Source: Pristiophorus japonicus
Taxonomy: Eukaryota
NCBI RefSeq assembly: GCF_044704955.1
Contig: NW_027253292.1
Span: 186,001-250,000 of the forward strand
DNA: 64,000 nucleotides
Reading direction: 5' to 3'
The notes beneath the pieces were generated by a model. That model was given only the letters and a program-made list of their open reading frames with translations, ran no database searches and was not told where the DNA came from. Below, piece after piece: positions 37,750-51,542 of this stretch. The number at the start of each line of letters is the position of its first letter. Positions within the stretch are counted from its first letter, which is position 1. A program made the position numbers and the translations under genes.

Positions 37750-39864
37750 CCCACTGACTGGAGTTGAACCAAACTGTTCGCAATCTGCTGTTGTTTTTCA
37801 CGGAGAGGTGAGCTTCCAACCACATATCCGTTCCATCACCAAGAGCTCTTCCTTCCACCTCCGTAACTTCACCCGACTCCACCCAGCCTCAGCTCTTCCA
37901 CTGCTGAAACCCTCGCCCAGGACTTTGTTCCCTCCTGACTCGACTATTCTCACGCTCTCCTGCCCGGCCTCCCATCTTCCATACTATATACATTTCAGCT
38001 CATCCAAAACCCCCTGTGTCCTAACTCACACCCAGTCCCACTCACCCATCACCCCTTGTGCCCCGTGTCCTAACTCACACCCAGTCCCACTCACCCATCA
38101 CCCCCTGTGCCCCGTGTCCTAACTCACACCCAGTCCCACTCACCCATCACCCCTTGTGCCCCGTGTCCTAACTCACACCCAGTCCCACTCACCCATCACC
38201 CCCTGTGCCCCGTGTCCTAACTCACACCCAGTCCCACTCACCCATCACCCCCTGTGCCCCGTGTCCTAACTCACACCCAGTCCCACTCACCCATCACCCC
38301 CTGTGCCCCGTGTCCTAACTCACACCCAGTCCCGCTCACCCATCACCCCTGTGCTCACTGACCCCGTGTCCTAACTCACACCCAGTCCCACTCACCCATC
38401 ACCCCCTGTGCTCACTGACCCCGTGTCCTAACTCACACCCAGTCCCGCTCACCCATCACCCCTGTGCTCACTGACCCGTGTCCTAACTCACACCCAGTCC
38501 CACTCACCCATCACCCCCTGTGTTCACTGACCCCATGTCCTAACTCACACCCAGTCCCACTCACCCATCACCCCCTGTGCCCCGTGTCCTAACTCATACC
38601 CAGTCCCGCTCACCCATCACCCCCTGTGCTCACTGACCCTGTGTCCTAACTCACACCCAGTCCCACTCACCCATCACCCCTGTGCTCACTGCCCCGTGTC
38701 CTAACTCACACCCAGTCCCGCTCACCCATCACCCCCTGTGCCCCGTGTCCTAACTCACACCCAGTCCCACTCACCCATCACCCCCTGTGCTCACTGACCC
38801 TGTGTCCTAACTCACACCCAGTCCCACTCACCCATCACCCCTGTGCTCACTGCCCCGTGTCCTAACTCACACCCAGTCCCACTCACCCATCACCCCTGTG
38901 CCCCGTGTCCTAACTCACACCCAGTCCCGCTCACCCATCACCCCCTGTGCCCCGTGTCCTAACCCACACCCAGTCCCACTCACCCATCACCCCTGTGCCC
39001 CGTGTCCTAACTCACACCCAGTCCCGCTCACCCATCACCCCCTGTGCCCCGTGTCCTAACTCACACCCAGTCCCACTCACCCATCACCACCTGTGCCCCG
39101 TGTCCTAACTCACACCCAGTCCCACTCACCCATCACCCCCTGTGCCCCGTGTCCTAACTCACACCCAGTCCCACTCACCCATCACCCCCTGTGCCCCGTG
39201 TCCTAACTCACACCCAGTCCCACTCACCCATCACCCCCTGTGCCCCGTGTCCTAACCCACACCCAGTCCCACTCACCCATCACCCCTGTGCCCCGTGTCC
39301 TAACTCACACCCAGTCCCGCTCACCCATCACCCCCTGTGCCCCGTGTCCTAACTCACACCCAGTCCCACTCACCCATCACCCCCTGTGCCCCGTGTCCTA
39401 ACTCACACCCAGTCCCGCTCACCCATCACCCCTGTGCTCACTGACCTACATTGGCTCCCAGTACAGCAGCGCCTCGATTTTAAATTTCTCATCCTTGTGT
39501 TGAAATCCCTCCATCACCTCACCCCTCCCTGTCTCTGTAATCTCCACCAGCCCCACACCCCCCGAGATCTCTGCGCTCCTCCGATTCCGGCCTCTTGAGC
39601 ATCAATCACTCCACCATCGGTGTCCGTGCCTTCAGCTGCCTGGGGCCCCGAGCTCTGGGATTCCCTCCCTAAACCTCTCCCTCCACCTCTCTCTCCTCCT
39701 TTAAAATGCTCCTTAAAACTGACCTCATTGACGAAGCTATTGGTCACCTGCCCTAATATCTCCTTATCTAGCTCGGTGTCACGTTTCATCCGATCGCGCT
39801 CCTGTGAAGCACCTTCCGGTGTGTTACCACGCTAAAGGCACTATCTAAAGATAAGTTGTTGTTG
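37750..39864 (+). mobile_element. L2-clade LINE 3' fragment with an internal tandem expansion
   Basis: SFQPHIRSITKSSSFHLRNFTRL before the array; SPITPVLTDLHWLPVQQRLDFK (L2 ORF2 signature) after it; 3' tail AAGTTGTTGTTG. Confidence 0.85.
38011..39445. repeat. 49-bp (variants about 56 bp) minisatellite CCCGTGTCCTAACTCACACCCAGTCCCACTCACCCATCACCCCCTGTGC, about 28 units
   Basis: Direct tandem periodicity inside the L2 fragment. Confidence 0.96.
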
Positions 39865-40011
39865 CACTAAGGCGGAGGAGGGAAGAATGTCATTGCGAAG
39901 TTTGCACCTGCTTGTGATAATGTCCAAGCTTGCCTGTGCGGGGGGGTTACATCGAGTTGTATCCAGGACAAAGCAGCTCGCTTGCTCTGTAGCCTGAGCA
40001 CCTTAAACCAG

Positions 40012-40877
40012 GGCCCACAAATGCCCGTCACTGCTTCCCGCGGGCAGGCGATCGGGTAAAACACTGAGTGCCCTTACCTGTTCCAGCTGCACCCACGCGA
40101 GCTCCCGGCCCTGAGGCCACTGACTGCGCATGGCAGCACGCTCCCATCGGGACGTGCGCAGGGCGGGAGCTGCAGTCACACGGCTCTGGGCGGCCAATCA
40201 GGTAAGGTATCTTCTCATTCATAATAATGACAGCTCCGTAAGTTGTAGTTCCCATTATCATCATTGGGGAACACCCCAAACACACAAAACATTAATAAAC
40301 AAATAGAAAAAATACACCACATATTTTTATTAATTTAAATTAGTTATTTATGCATTATAAAAAATATATATTTTTCCGATTTTTTAAAAAAGTTTTTTAT
40401 ATTCTGCATTACAATAAACTTCCCGTAGTGGGGAGGGTTTTTAACCATAAAATGTGTTTTTATAATTTTATTTGTCAATGTTTTTGTGTGTTTTAAACTC
40501 TAACGCCTGTAACAGTCGGCTAAGTGCCTGTTTTGTCAGGCGCAAGTGTTTTCAGGACATTTGCTGGGGATATGGGTAAATCCCACAATCCTGCCCGTGC
40601 GAATGTCCTCGCTCCCGAGATACACTGTCAGGCTCCAGCTCCAGCTCCAGCTCCAGATCAGAAAAGCCGCTTTTCAGTTCATGCACATTGTGCGCTGAAA
40701 ACCGGCTTTTGCAATGCCTTCCCGGGTCTGTACACGCCCCGTACACGCCCCGTGCCGTATACACCCCGTGCACACGCCCCGTACATACCCCGTGCTGTAT
40801 ACACCCCGTGTACATGCCCCGTGCCGTATACACCCCGTGCACACGCCCCGTACCCAGGAGGCTGTGATTTCTGGGCC
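40012..40877. mobile_element. MITE-like element, apparently complete copy
   Basis: Terminal inverted repeats GGCCCACAAAT / ATTTCTGGGCC; AT-rich core; multiple hairpins; second copy at 13638-14310. It appears to split a LINE-like remnant (...CACCTTAAAC | ATTCACTCCCTCCACCACC...). Confidence 0.7.
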
Positions 40878-41045
40878 ATTCACTCCCTCCACCACCGGCG
40901 CCCCCTGGCTGCAGTGTGCACCATCTACAAGATGCACTGCAGCAACTCGCCAAGGCTTCTTCAGCAGCACCTCCCAAACCCACGACCTCTACATCCCAGA
41001 AATAAATAAATAAAGTGTGTCCGGCACAGAAAACGGCCATTCAGC

Positions 41046-41293
41046 CCCACCGCTCTGTGCCGGGTTTATGTCCCACCACTCTGTGCCGGGGTTTATGTCC
41101 CACCGCTCTGTGCCGGGGTTTATGTCCCACCGCTCTGTGCCGGGGTTTATGTCCCACCGCTCTGTGCCGGGGTTTATGTCCCACCGCTCCGTGCCGGGGT
41201 TTATGTCCCACCGCTCTGTGCCGGGGTTTATGTCCCACCGCTCTGTGCCGGGGTTTATGTCCCACCGCTCTGTGCCGGTGTTTATGTCCCACA
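41046..41293. repeat. 27-bp minisatellite (CCCACCGCTCTGTGCCGGGGTTTATGT), about 9 units, inside a reversed CR1-like 3' tail
   Basis: Direct periodicity; preceded by GGCCATTCAGCCC as in the other minus-strand CR1 tails of this window. Confidence 0.93.
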
Positions 41294-41377
41294 CCAGCCC
41301 CCTCCCACGCTCTCCATCTCCTCCCATCAGCGGGTCTGACTATTTCCTTCTCCCTCATGTGTTTATCCAGCTTCCTT

Positions 41378-42669
41378 GTGTTAACCACCTGTTAACCTGC
41401 TGCTAACCTGTTAACCTGTTGCTATCCTGCTGTAACCTACTGCTAACCTGCTAACCTGCTGTAAACTGTTAACCGCCTGTTAACCTGCTGTTCATCTACT
41501 GTTAACCACCTGTTAACCTGCTGTTAATCACCTGTTATCCTGCTGTTAACCTGCTGTTAACCTGCTGTTAACCACCTGTTAACCTGCTGTTAACCTGCTG
41601 TTAACCACCTGTTATCCTGCTGTTAACCACCTGTTAACCCTCTGTTAACCACCTGTTAACCTGCTGTTAACCACCTGTTAACCTGCTGTTAACCTGCTGT
41701 TAACCACCTGTTAACCACCTGTTAACCCTCAGTTAACCCTCAGTTAACCCTCTGTTAATCCTCTGTTAACCACCTGTTAACCCTCTGTTAACCTGCTGTT
41801 AACCACCTGTTAACCCTCAGTTAACCCTCTGTTAACCCTCTGTTAACCCTCAGTTAACCTGCTGTTAACCACCTGTTAACCCTCTGTTAACCTGCTGTTA
41901 ACCTGCTGTTAACCACCTGTTAACCCTCTGTTAACCCTCTGTTAACCTGCTGTTAACCCTCTGTTAACCCTCTGTTAACCTGCTGTTAACCCTCTGTTAA
42001 CCCTCTGTTAACCTGCTGTTAACCCTCTGTTAACCTGCTGTTAACCTGCTGTTAACCACCTGTTAACCCTCAGTTAACCCTCTGTTAACCCTCTGTTAAC
42101 CCTCAGTTAACCTGCTGTTAACCACCTGTTAACCCTCTGTTAACCTGCTGTTAACCTGCTGTTAACCACCTGTTAACCCTCTGTTAACCCTCTGTTAACC
42201 TGCTGTTAACCCTCAGTTAACCCTCTGTTAACCCTCTGTTAACCTGCTGTTAACCCTCTGTTAACCCTCTGTTAACCCTCTGTTAACCTGCTGTTAACCA
42301 CCTGTTAACCCTCAGTTAACCCTCTGTTAACCCTCTGTTAACCTGCTGTTAACCCTCTGTTAACCTGCTGTTAACCCTCAGTTAACCCTTTGTTAACCCT
42401 CTGTTAACCTGCTGTTAACCCTCTGTTAACCCTCTGTTAACCCTCAGTTAACCCTCTGTTAACCTGCTGTTAACCCTCTGTTAACCCTCTGTTAACCCTC
42501 TGTTAACCCTCAGTTAACCCTCTGTTAACCCTCTGTTAACCCTCTGTTAACCTGCTGTTAACCCTCTGTTAACCCTCTGTTAACCCTCTGTTAACCCTCT
42601 GTTAACCTGCTGTTAACCCTCTGTTAACCCTCTGTTAACCCTCTGTTAACCCTCTGTTAACCCTCTGTT
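41378..42669. repeat. 11-bp satellite CTGTTAACC(CT/TG/AC) with palindromic GTTAAC core, about 115 units
   Basis: Direct periodicity; ends about 13 nt before the exon at 42683. Confidence 0.97.
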
Positions 42670-42682
42670 GTTGACCCATTAG

Positions 42683-43526
42683 GTGCGGAGCTCTGCCAGT
42701 ACTCTGCCGCAGTCGGACAGCAGCACAGTCACATTCCAATCCACTGAGGGAATGGCCCCTGGCTCTCGGATTGGTTCCGTGAGCTCCCACCAGCTGTCGG
42801 CCCGGGGGGATGGCCAGCTGACCTTCACTGTGGTGGGGGGCAGTGATGTGGACGGGCGATTTGTGGTGGACAGGCTGACCGGTGATATCTACCTGGCGCA
42901 GGAGCTGGATTATGAGCAGGGCTCGGGTTACCAGCTGGAGATCGCGGTCGATGATCTGAGCACAGGCTTCCCTCACAGCACGGCCATCACCGTCAACATC
43001 CACATCCAGGATCGCAACGAGTACGGCCCACAGTTTGCCGAGGATCCCATCACCATCGTCATCAGTGAGAATGCCGAGATTGGGGCCTCCTTTTACACCT
43101 TTCAGGCAGCTGATAAAGACGGGAGTGGTCCCAACAGTGAGGTGCGATACTCAGTGCTCCAGCAGACCCCCTCGGGAACCTTACTGCAGATCGATGAGGT
43201 GACTGGGGTACTGAGGGCCAGAGCGGCCATTGACCGCGAGCTCACTCCATCCTTCCTCCTGGTGGTCCAAGCCATGGACCAAGCCGTCAACAGCAGCCAG
43301 CGCAAAAGCTCTGCAGTGACAGTACGGGTCTTTGTGACTGACGAGAATGACAACGACCCACACTTCCTGTCCACCCCAGTCATCAACGTGATGGAGGACC
43401 AGCCCGTGGGCACCATTGTCTCCTACATCGTGGCCCAGGACCCCGACCTAGGGGAGAATGGCCGGGTTAGTTACCGCATAACATCAGGCATCGGAGGCAG
43501 CAAGTTCCGGCTCCACACTAACACAG
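42683..43526 (+). CDS. DCHS1: DCHS1 internal exon, about 2.5 cadherin repeats
   Basis: Acceptor cccattAG|GTG and donor G|GTAAGG; 844 nt, phase 0-1. LDYE, DRNEYGP, AADKDGSGPNS, IDRE, VRVFVTDENDNDP, AQDPDLGE. Confidence 0.95.
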
Positions 43527-43559
43527 GTAAGGAGCCTAGTGAGGGGGCAGAATGTCCGG

Positions 43560-46500
43560 CCCCGCGATTCCCCGATACCCGAGATACCCCGATACCCAGG
43601 GTACCCCCGATACCCCGATACCCGGGATACTCCGTTACCCGCGATTCCCAATACCCGGGCTACCCCGATACCCACGATTCCCCGATACCCGGGATACCCC
43701 GATACCCGGGGTACCCCCAATACCCACGATTCACCAATGCCTGGGATCCCGCGATTCCCCAATACATGGGGTACCCCCGATACCCGGGGTACCCCGATAT
43801 CTGTGATTCCCCAATACCCGGGATACCCCGATACCCGCAATTCCCAGATACCCAGGGTACCCCCAATACCCACGATTCACCAATGCCTGGGATCCCGCGA
43901 TTCCCCAATACATGGGGTACCCCCAATACCCGGGGTACCCCGATACCCGTGATTCCCCAATACCCGATACCCGCGATTCCCCAACACCCGGGGTACCCCC
44001 GATACCCGCGATTCCCCAATACCCAGGGTACCCCCGATACCTGCGATTCCCCGATACCCGCGATTCCCCGATACCCGGGATACTCCGATACCCGATTCCC
44101 CAACACCCGGGGTACCCCCGATACCCGCGATTCCCCAATACCCAGGATACCCCGATACCCGCGATTCCCGGATACCCTGGGTACCCCCGATACCCGCAAT
44201 TCCCCAATACCCAGGATACCCCGATTCCCCGATACCCAGGGAACCCCCAATAGCCGCGATTCAGCAATACCTGGGATACCTGCGATTCCCCGATACCCGG
44301 GGTACCCCCATTACCCGCGATTCCCCGATACCCAGGATACCCCGATACGCGGGATACTCCGATACCCGGGGTATCCTGATACCTGCAATTCCCCGATACC
44401 CGGGGTACCCCCGATATCCGCGATTCCCCGATACCCGGGATACCCCGATACCTGCGATTCCCCAATACCCGGGGTACCCCCGATACCCGCGATTCCCTGA
44501 AACCCGGGGGTACCCCGATATCCGCGATTCCCCGATACCCGGGATACCCCGATACCCGCGATTCCCGGATACCCTGGGTACCCCCGATACCCGGGAAACC
44601 CCCAATACCCACGATTCAGCAATACCTAGGATACCCCAATACCCGCAATTTCCTGATACCCGGAGTACCCCCAATACCCGCAATTCCCCGATACCCGCGA
44701 TTCCCCAATACCCGGGATACCCCATACCTGCGATTCCCCGAGACCCGGGATACTCTGTTACCCGCGATTCCCCGAGACCCGGGGAACCCCCAATACCCGC
44801 GATTCAGCAATACCTGGGATACCCCGATACCCGCGATTTCCTGATACCCGGGGTACCCCCAATACCCCCGATTCCCCAAAACCCGGGATACCCCAATACC
44901 CAGGGTACCCAATACCCGCAATTCCCCGATACCCAGGATACCCCATGCCCGCGATTCCACAATACCCGGGATACCCCGATACCCGCGATTCCCCAATACC
45001 CGGGATACTCCGTTACCCGCGATTCCCTGAGACCCGGGATACTCCATTACCCCCGATTCCCCGAGACCCGGGATACTCCGTTACCCGCATTTCTACGATA
45101 CCCGGGATACTCCGTTACCCGCGATTCCCCAATACCCGGGATTCCCCGATACCCGGGGTACCCCCGATACCTGCGATTCCCCAATACCCGGGATACCAGC
45201 GATTCCCCAATACCCAGGGTACCTACAATATCTGCGATTCCCCAACACCCAGGGTACCCCCGGTACCCGCGATTCCCCGATACCCAGGGTACTCCCGATA
45301 CCCACGATTCCCAAATATCCGGGATACCCGCGATTCCCCGATACCCGGGATACCCCTGATAGCCGCGATTCCCTAATACCCGGGATACCCCCAATATCTG
45401 CGATTCCCCAATACCCAGGGTACCCCCGGTACCCACGATTCCCCGATAGCCAGGGTACTCCCGATACCCACGATTCCCCGATACCCGGGATACTCCCAAT
45501 ACCCACGATTCCCCGATACCCAGGGTACCCCCAATACCTGCGATTCCCCAATACCCAGGGTACCCCCATTCCCCAATACCCGGGATACCCCGATACCCAC
45601 GATTCCCTGATACCTGGGGTACCCCGATACCCGCAATTCCCCAATACCCGGGATACCCCGATATCTGCAATTCCCCGATACACGGGATACCCGGGATACC
45701 CCGATACCCGTGATACCACGATACCCGGGTTTACCACAATACCCACGATTCACCAATACCCGGGATACCCGATACCCGCGATTCCCTGATACCCGGGGTA
45801 CCCCCCGATACCCGAGATTCCCCGATACCTGGGGTATCCCCGATATTCACGATTCCCCAATACCTGGGATACCCCGATATCCGCGATTCCCCGATACCCG
45901 CGATTTCCCGATACCCGGGATACCCCCAATATCCGCGATTCACCAATACCTGGGATCCCGCGATTCCCCAATACATGGGGTATCCCCGATACCCGCGATG
46001 CCCCGATACCCGCGATTCCCCGATACCCATGATTCCCCAAATCCCGGGATACCCCGGTACCCGGGATACTCCTATACCCAGGGTACCCCGATACCCGCGA
46101 TTCCCCGATACCCGGGATACCCCATACGCGCGATTCCCCAATACCCGGGATACCCTGACACCCGCGATTCACCAATACCCGGGATACCCCATACCCGCGA
46201 TTCCCCAATACCCGCGATTCCCCTATACCCAGGATACTCCGTTACCCGCGATTCCCCGAGACCCGGGATACTCCGTTACCCGCGATTCCCCGAGACCCGG
46301 GATCCTCCGTTACCCGCGATTCCCCGATACCCGGGATACTCCGTTACCCGCGATTCCCCGATACCCGCGATTCCCCAATACCCAGGAAAACCGCGATTCC
46401 TCGATACCCGCGATTCCCCGATACCCGCGATTCCCTGATACTCGGGGTACCCCCGATACCCACGATTAACCGATACACGGGATACCCCCGATACCCACGA

Positions 46501-49500
46501 TTCCCCGATATCCGGGGAACCCCCGTACCCGCGATTCCCCAATACCCAGGGTACCCCCAATACCTGCGATTCCCCAATACCCAGGGCACCCCCAATACCC
46601 ATGATTCCCCAATACCCGGGATACCCCGATACCCACGATTCCCCAATACCCAGGGTACCCCCAATACCTGCGATTTCCCAATACCCAGGACACCCCCAAT
46701 ACCCATGATTCCCCAATACCCGGGATACCCCGATTCCCCAATACTCGGGGTACCCCGATACCCGTGATTCCCCAATACCCAGGATATCCCGATACCCGCG
46801 ATTCCCCGATACCCGGGGTACCACGATACCCGGGATATTCCGATACCCGGGGTACCCCCGATACCCGCGATTCCCCAATACCTGGGATACCCCAATATCT
46901 GCGATTGCCCGATACCCGGGATACCCCGATACCCACGATTCCCCAATACTCGGGGTACCCGCGATTCCCCAATACCCAGGATATCCCGATACCCGCGATT
47001 CCCCGATACCCGGGGTACCACAATACCCGGGATATTCCGATACCCGGGGTACCCCCGATACCCGCGATTCCCCATACCCAGGATATCCTGATACCCGCGA
47101 TTCCCCGATACCCGGGGTACCCCGCTACCCGATACCCGGGATACTCCGATACACGGGGTACCCCCGATATCTGCGATTCCCCAATACCCAGGGTACCCCC
47201 GATATCCGCAATTCCCCGATATCCAGGATACCCCAATACCCACAATTCCCCAATACCCGGGATACCCCGATATCCACGATTCCCCAATACCCGGGATACC
47301 CCGATATCCACGATTCCCCAATACCCGGGATACCCCGATACCCACAATTCCCCAATACCCGGGATACCCCGATACCCACAATTCCCCAATACCCGGGATA
47401 CCCCGATATCCGCAATTCCCCAATACCCAGGATAACCCGATACCCGCGATTGCCCGATACCCGGGATATCCCGATACCCGCGATTCCCCAATACTCGGGG
47501 TACCCCTGATACCCGCGATTCCCCAATACTCGGGGTACCCCTGATACCCGCGATTCCACAATACTCGGGGTACCCCTGATACCCGCAATTCCCCAATACC
47601 CAGGGTACTCCCGATACTCACGATTCCCCGATACCCGAGATACTCCGATAACTGCGCTTCCCCAATACCCAGGATACCCCGATATCCGCGACACCCGGAT
47701 ACCCGGGGTTCCCCCGATACCCGCGATTCCCTGATACCCGGGATACCCCAATACCCGTGATTCCCCAATACCCGGGGTACCCCCGATACCCGCGGTTCCC
47801 CGATACCTGGGGTACCCCGATACCCGGGATACTCCGATACCCAGGGTACACCCGATACCCAGGGTACCCCCGATACCCGCAATTCCCCAATACCCGGGAT
47901 ACCCCGATATCCGCGATTCCCCGATACCTGGGGTACCCCGATACCCGGGATACTCCGATACCCAGGGTACACCCGATACCCAGGGTACTCCCGATATCTG
48001 CGATTCCCCAATACCCAGGGTACCCCCGATACCCGCAATTCCCCAATACCCGGGATACACCGACATCCGCGATTCCCCGATACCCGGGGTACCCCCAATA
48101 CCTGTGATTCACCAATACCTGGGAACCCGCGATTCCCCAATACATGGGGTACCCCCAATACCCGTGATTCCCCAATACGCGGGGTACCCGCGATTCCCCG
48201 ATACCCAGGTTACCCCGATATCTGCGATTCCCCGATACCCGAGATACTCAGATATCCGCAATTCCCCGATACCCGGGGTACCCCCGATACCCACGATTCC
48301 CCGATACCCAGGATACCCCGATACCCGTGATTCCCGGATACCCTGCGTACCCCGATACCCGCGATTCCCCAATACCCAGGATTCCCCGATACCCGGGATA
48401 CCCCGATACCCGGGATACCCGCGATTCCCCAATACCCGGGATACCCCGATACCCACGATTCCCCAATACCCGCGATTCACCAATAACTGGGATACCCCAT
48501 ACCCGCGATTCCCCAATACCCGCGATTCCCCTATACCCAGGATACTCCGTTATCCGCGATTCCCCGAGACCCGGGATCCTCCGTTACCCGCGATTCCCCG
48601 ATACCCGGGATACTCCGTTACCCGCGATTCCCCGATACCCGCGATTCCCCAATACCCAGGAAAACCGGGATTCCTCGATACCCGCGATTCCCCGATACCC
48701 GCGATTCCCTGATACTCGGGGTACCCCCGATACCCACGATTCCCTGATATCCGGGGAACCCCCGTACCCGCGATTCCCCAATACCCAGGGTACCCCCAAT
48801 ACCTGCGATTCCCCAATACCCAGGACACCCCCAATACCCATGATTCCCCAATACCCGGGATACCCCGATACCCACGATTCCCCGATACCCGGGGTACCCC
48901 GATACCCGTGATACCCCAATACCTGGGATACCCCAATATCTGCGATTGCCCGATACCCGGGATACCCCGATACCCGCGATTCCCCGATACCCGGGGTACC
49001 ACGATACCCGGGGTATTCCGATACCCGGGGTATCCCCGATACCCGCGATTCCCCATACCCAGGATATCCCGATACCCGCGATTCCCCGATACCCGGGGTA
49101 CCCCGATACCCGGGATACTCCGATACACGGGGTACCCCCGATATCTGCGATTCCCCAATACCCAGGGTACCCCCGATACCCGCAATTCCCCAATACCCGG
49201 GATACCTCGATACCCGCAATTCCCCAATACTCGGGGTACCCCTGATACCCGTGATTGCCCGATATCCGGGATACCCCGATATCCGCAATTCCCCAATACC
49301 CGGGATACCCCGATATCCACGATTCCCCAATACCCAGGATAACCCGATACCCGCAATTTCCCAATACCCGGGATACCCCGATACCCACAATTCCCCGATA
49401 CCCGGGATACTCCGATACCCGCGATTCCCCAATACTCGGGGTACCCCTGATACCCGCGATTCCACAATACTCGGGGTACCCCTGATACCCGCAATTCCCC

Positions 49501-51470
49501 AATACCCAGGCTACTCCCGATACTCACGATTCCCCGATACCCGAGATACTCCGATAACCGCGCTTCCCCAATACCCAGGATACCCCGATATCCGCGACAC
49601 CCGGATACCCGGGGTTCCCCCAATACCCGCGATTCCCTGATACCCGGGATACCCCAATACCCGTAATTCCCCAATACCCGGGGTACCCCCGATACCCGCG
49701 ATTCCCCGATACCTGGGGTACCCCGATACCCGGGATACTCCGATACCCAGGGTATCCCGATACCCAGGGTACCCCTGATATCTGCGATTCCCCAATACCC
49801 GGGATACCCCGATATCCGCGATTCCCCGATACCCGGGGTACCCCCAATACCTGTGATTCACCAATACCTGGGATCCCGCGATTCCCCAATACATGGGGTA
49901 CCCCCAATACCCGTGATTCCCCAATACGCGGGGTACCCCCGATTCCCCGATACCCAGGTCACCCCGATACCTGCGATTCCCCGATACCCGAGATACTCAG
50001 ATATCCGCAATTCCCCGATACCCGGGGTACCCCCGATACCCACGATTCCCCGATACCCAGGATACCCCGATACCCGCGATTCCCGGATACCCTGCGTACC
50101 CCGATACCCGCGATTCCCCAATACCCAGGATTCCCCGATACCCGGGATACCCCGATACCCGGGATACCCCAATACCCGCGATTCCCCAATACCCGGGATA
50201 CCCCGATACCCACGATTCCCCAATACCCGGGATACCCCAATACCCGGGTTACCCCCGATACCCGCGATTCCCCGATACCCAGGGTATCCCCAATACCCGC
50301 GATTCCCTGATACCCGAGATACTCCGATACCCGTGATTCGCCAATACCCAGGGTACCCCCAATACCTGCAATTCCCCAATACCCGGGGTGCCCCCAATAC
50401 CCGCAATTCACCAATACCTGGGATCCCGCGATTCCCCAAAACATGGGGTATCCCCAATACCCGGGATACCCTGATACCCGCGATTCCCCAATACCCAGGA
50501 TACCCGCGATTCCCCAATACCCAGGGTACCACCGATACCCGCGATTCACCGATACCCGAGATACTCCGATACCCGTGATTCCCCAATACCCAGGACACCC
50601 CGATATCCGTGATTCCCGGATACCCGGGGTACCCCCGATACCCGCGATTCCCCAATACCCAGGATACCCCGATACCCACGATTCCCTGATACCCTGGGTA
50701 CCCTCAATATCCGCGATTCCCCGATACCCGGGGTAACCCCAATACCCGCGATTCCCCGATACCCGAGATACCCCCAATACCCGGGGTACCGCGATTCCCC
50801 AATCCATGGGATACCCCGATACCCAGAGCACCCGGATACCCGCGATTCCCCGATACCCGGGATACCCCAATACAGGCGATTCCCCAATACCCGGGATACC
50901 CCGATACCCGCGATTCCCCAATACCCGGGATACCTCAATACCCACGATTCCCCAATACCCGGGATACCCCGATACCCGCGATTCCCCAATACCCGGGATA
51001 CCTCAATACCCACGATTCCCCAATACCCGGGATACATCGATACCTGCGATTCCCCAATACCCGGGATACCCCGATACCTGCGATTCCCCAATACCCGGGA
51101 TACCCCGATACCCGTGATTCCCTAATACCCGGGATACCCCGATACCCGTGATTCCCTAATACCCGGGATACCCCGATACCCGTGATTCCCCAATACCCGG
51201 GATACCCCGATACCCACGATTCCCCAATACCCGGGATACCCCGATACCCGTGATTCCCCAATACCCGGGATAACCCGATACCCGCGATTCCCCAATACCC
51301 GGGATACCTCGATACCCACGATTCCCCGATACCCGGGATACCCCGATAACTGGGATACCGCGATATCCCCCCCCTCCGCTTACCCACCATGCACTCCCCC
51401 GCTATCCCTGATACCCGCGATACCCCCCACTTACCCTCCCGATACCCTGCTTATCCCCGATACCCAAGCC
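43560..51470. repeat. Complex CpG-rich satellite made of about 17-19-bp modules (CCCCGATACCCGCGATT / CCCCGATACCCGGGATA / ...GGGGTACCCC)
   Basis: 7.9-kb array filling almost the whole intron; source of the Pro-rich and Gly-rich ORFs on both strands. Confidence 0.97.
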
Positions 51471-51542
51471 CCCGTGTCCCTCGGATTGTCCCCCCAGCTT
51501 GGAGGAGAGAGCTGCCCCCTCACACTCTGACTCTGATTCCAG

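Noticed and set aside
43527-44500. Pro-rich extension of the 605-aa ORF beyond the cadherin exon
   Set aside because: It is read-through past a strong GTAAGG donor into satellite; cadherin homology resumes in phase at 51543.
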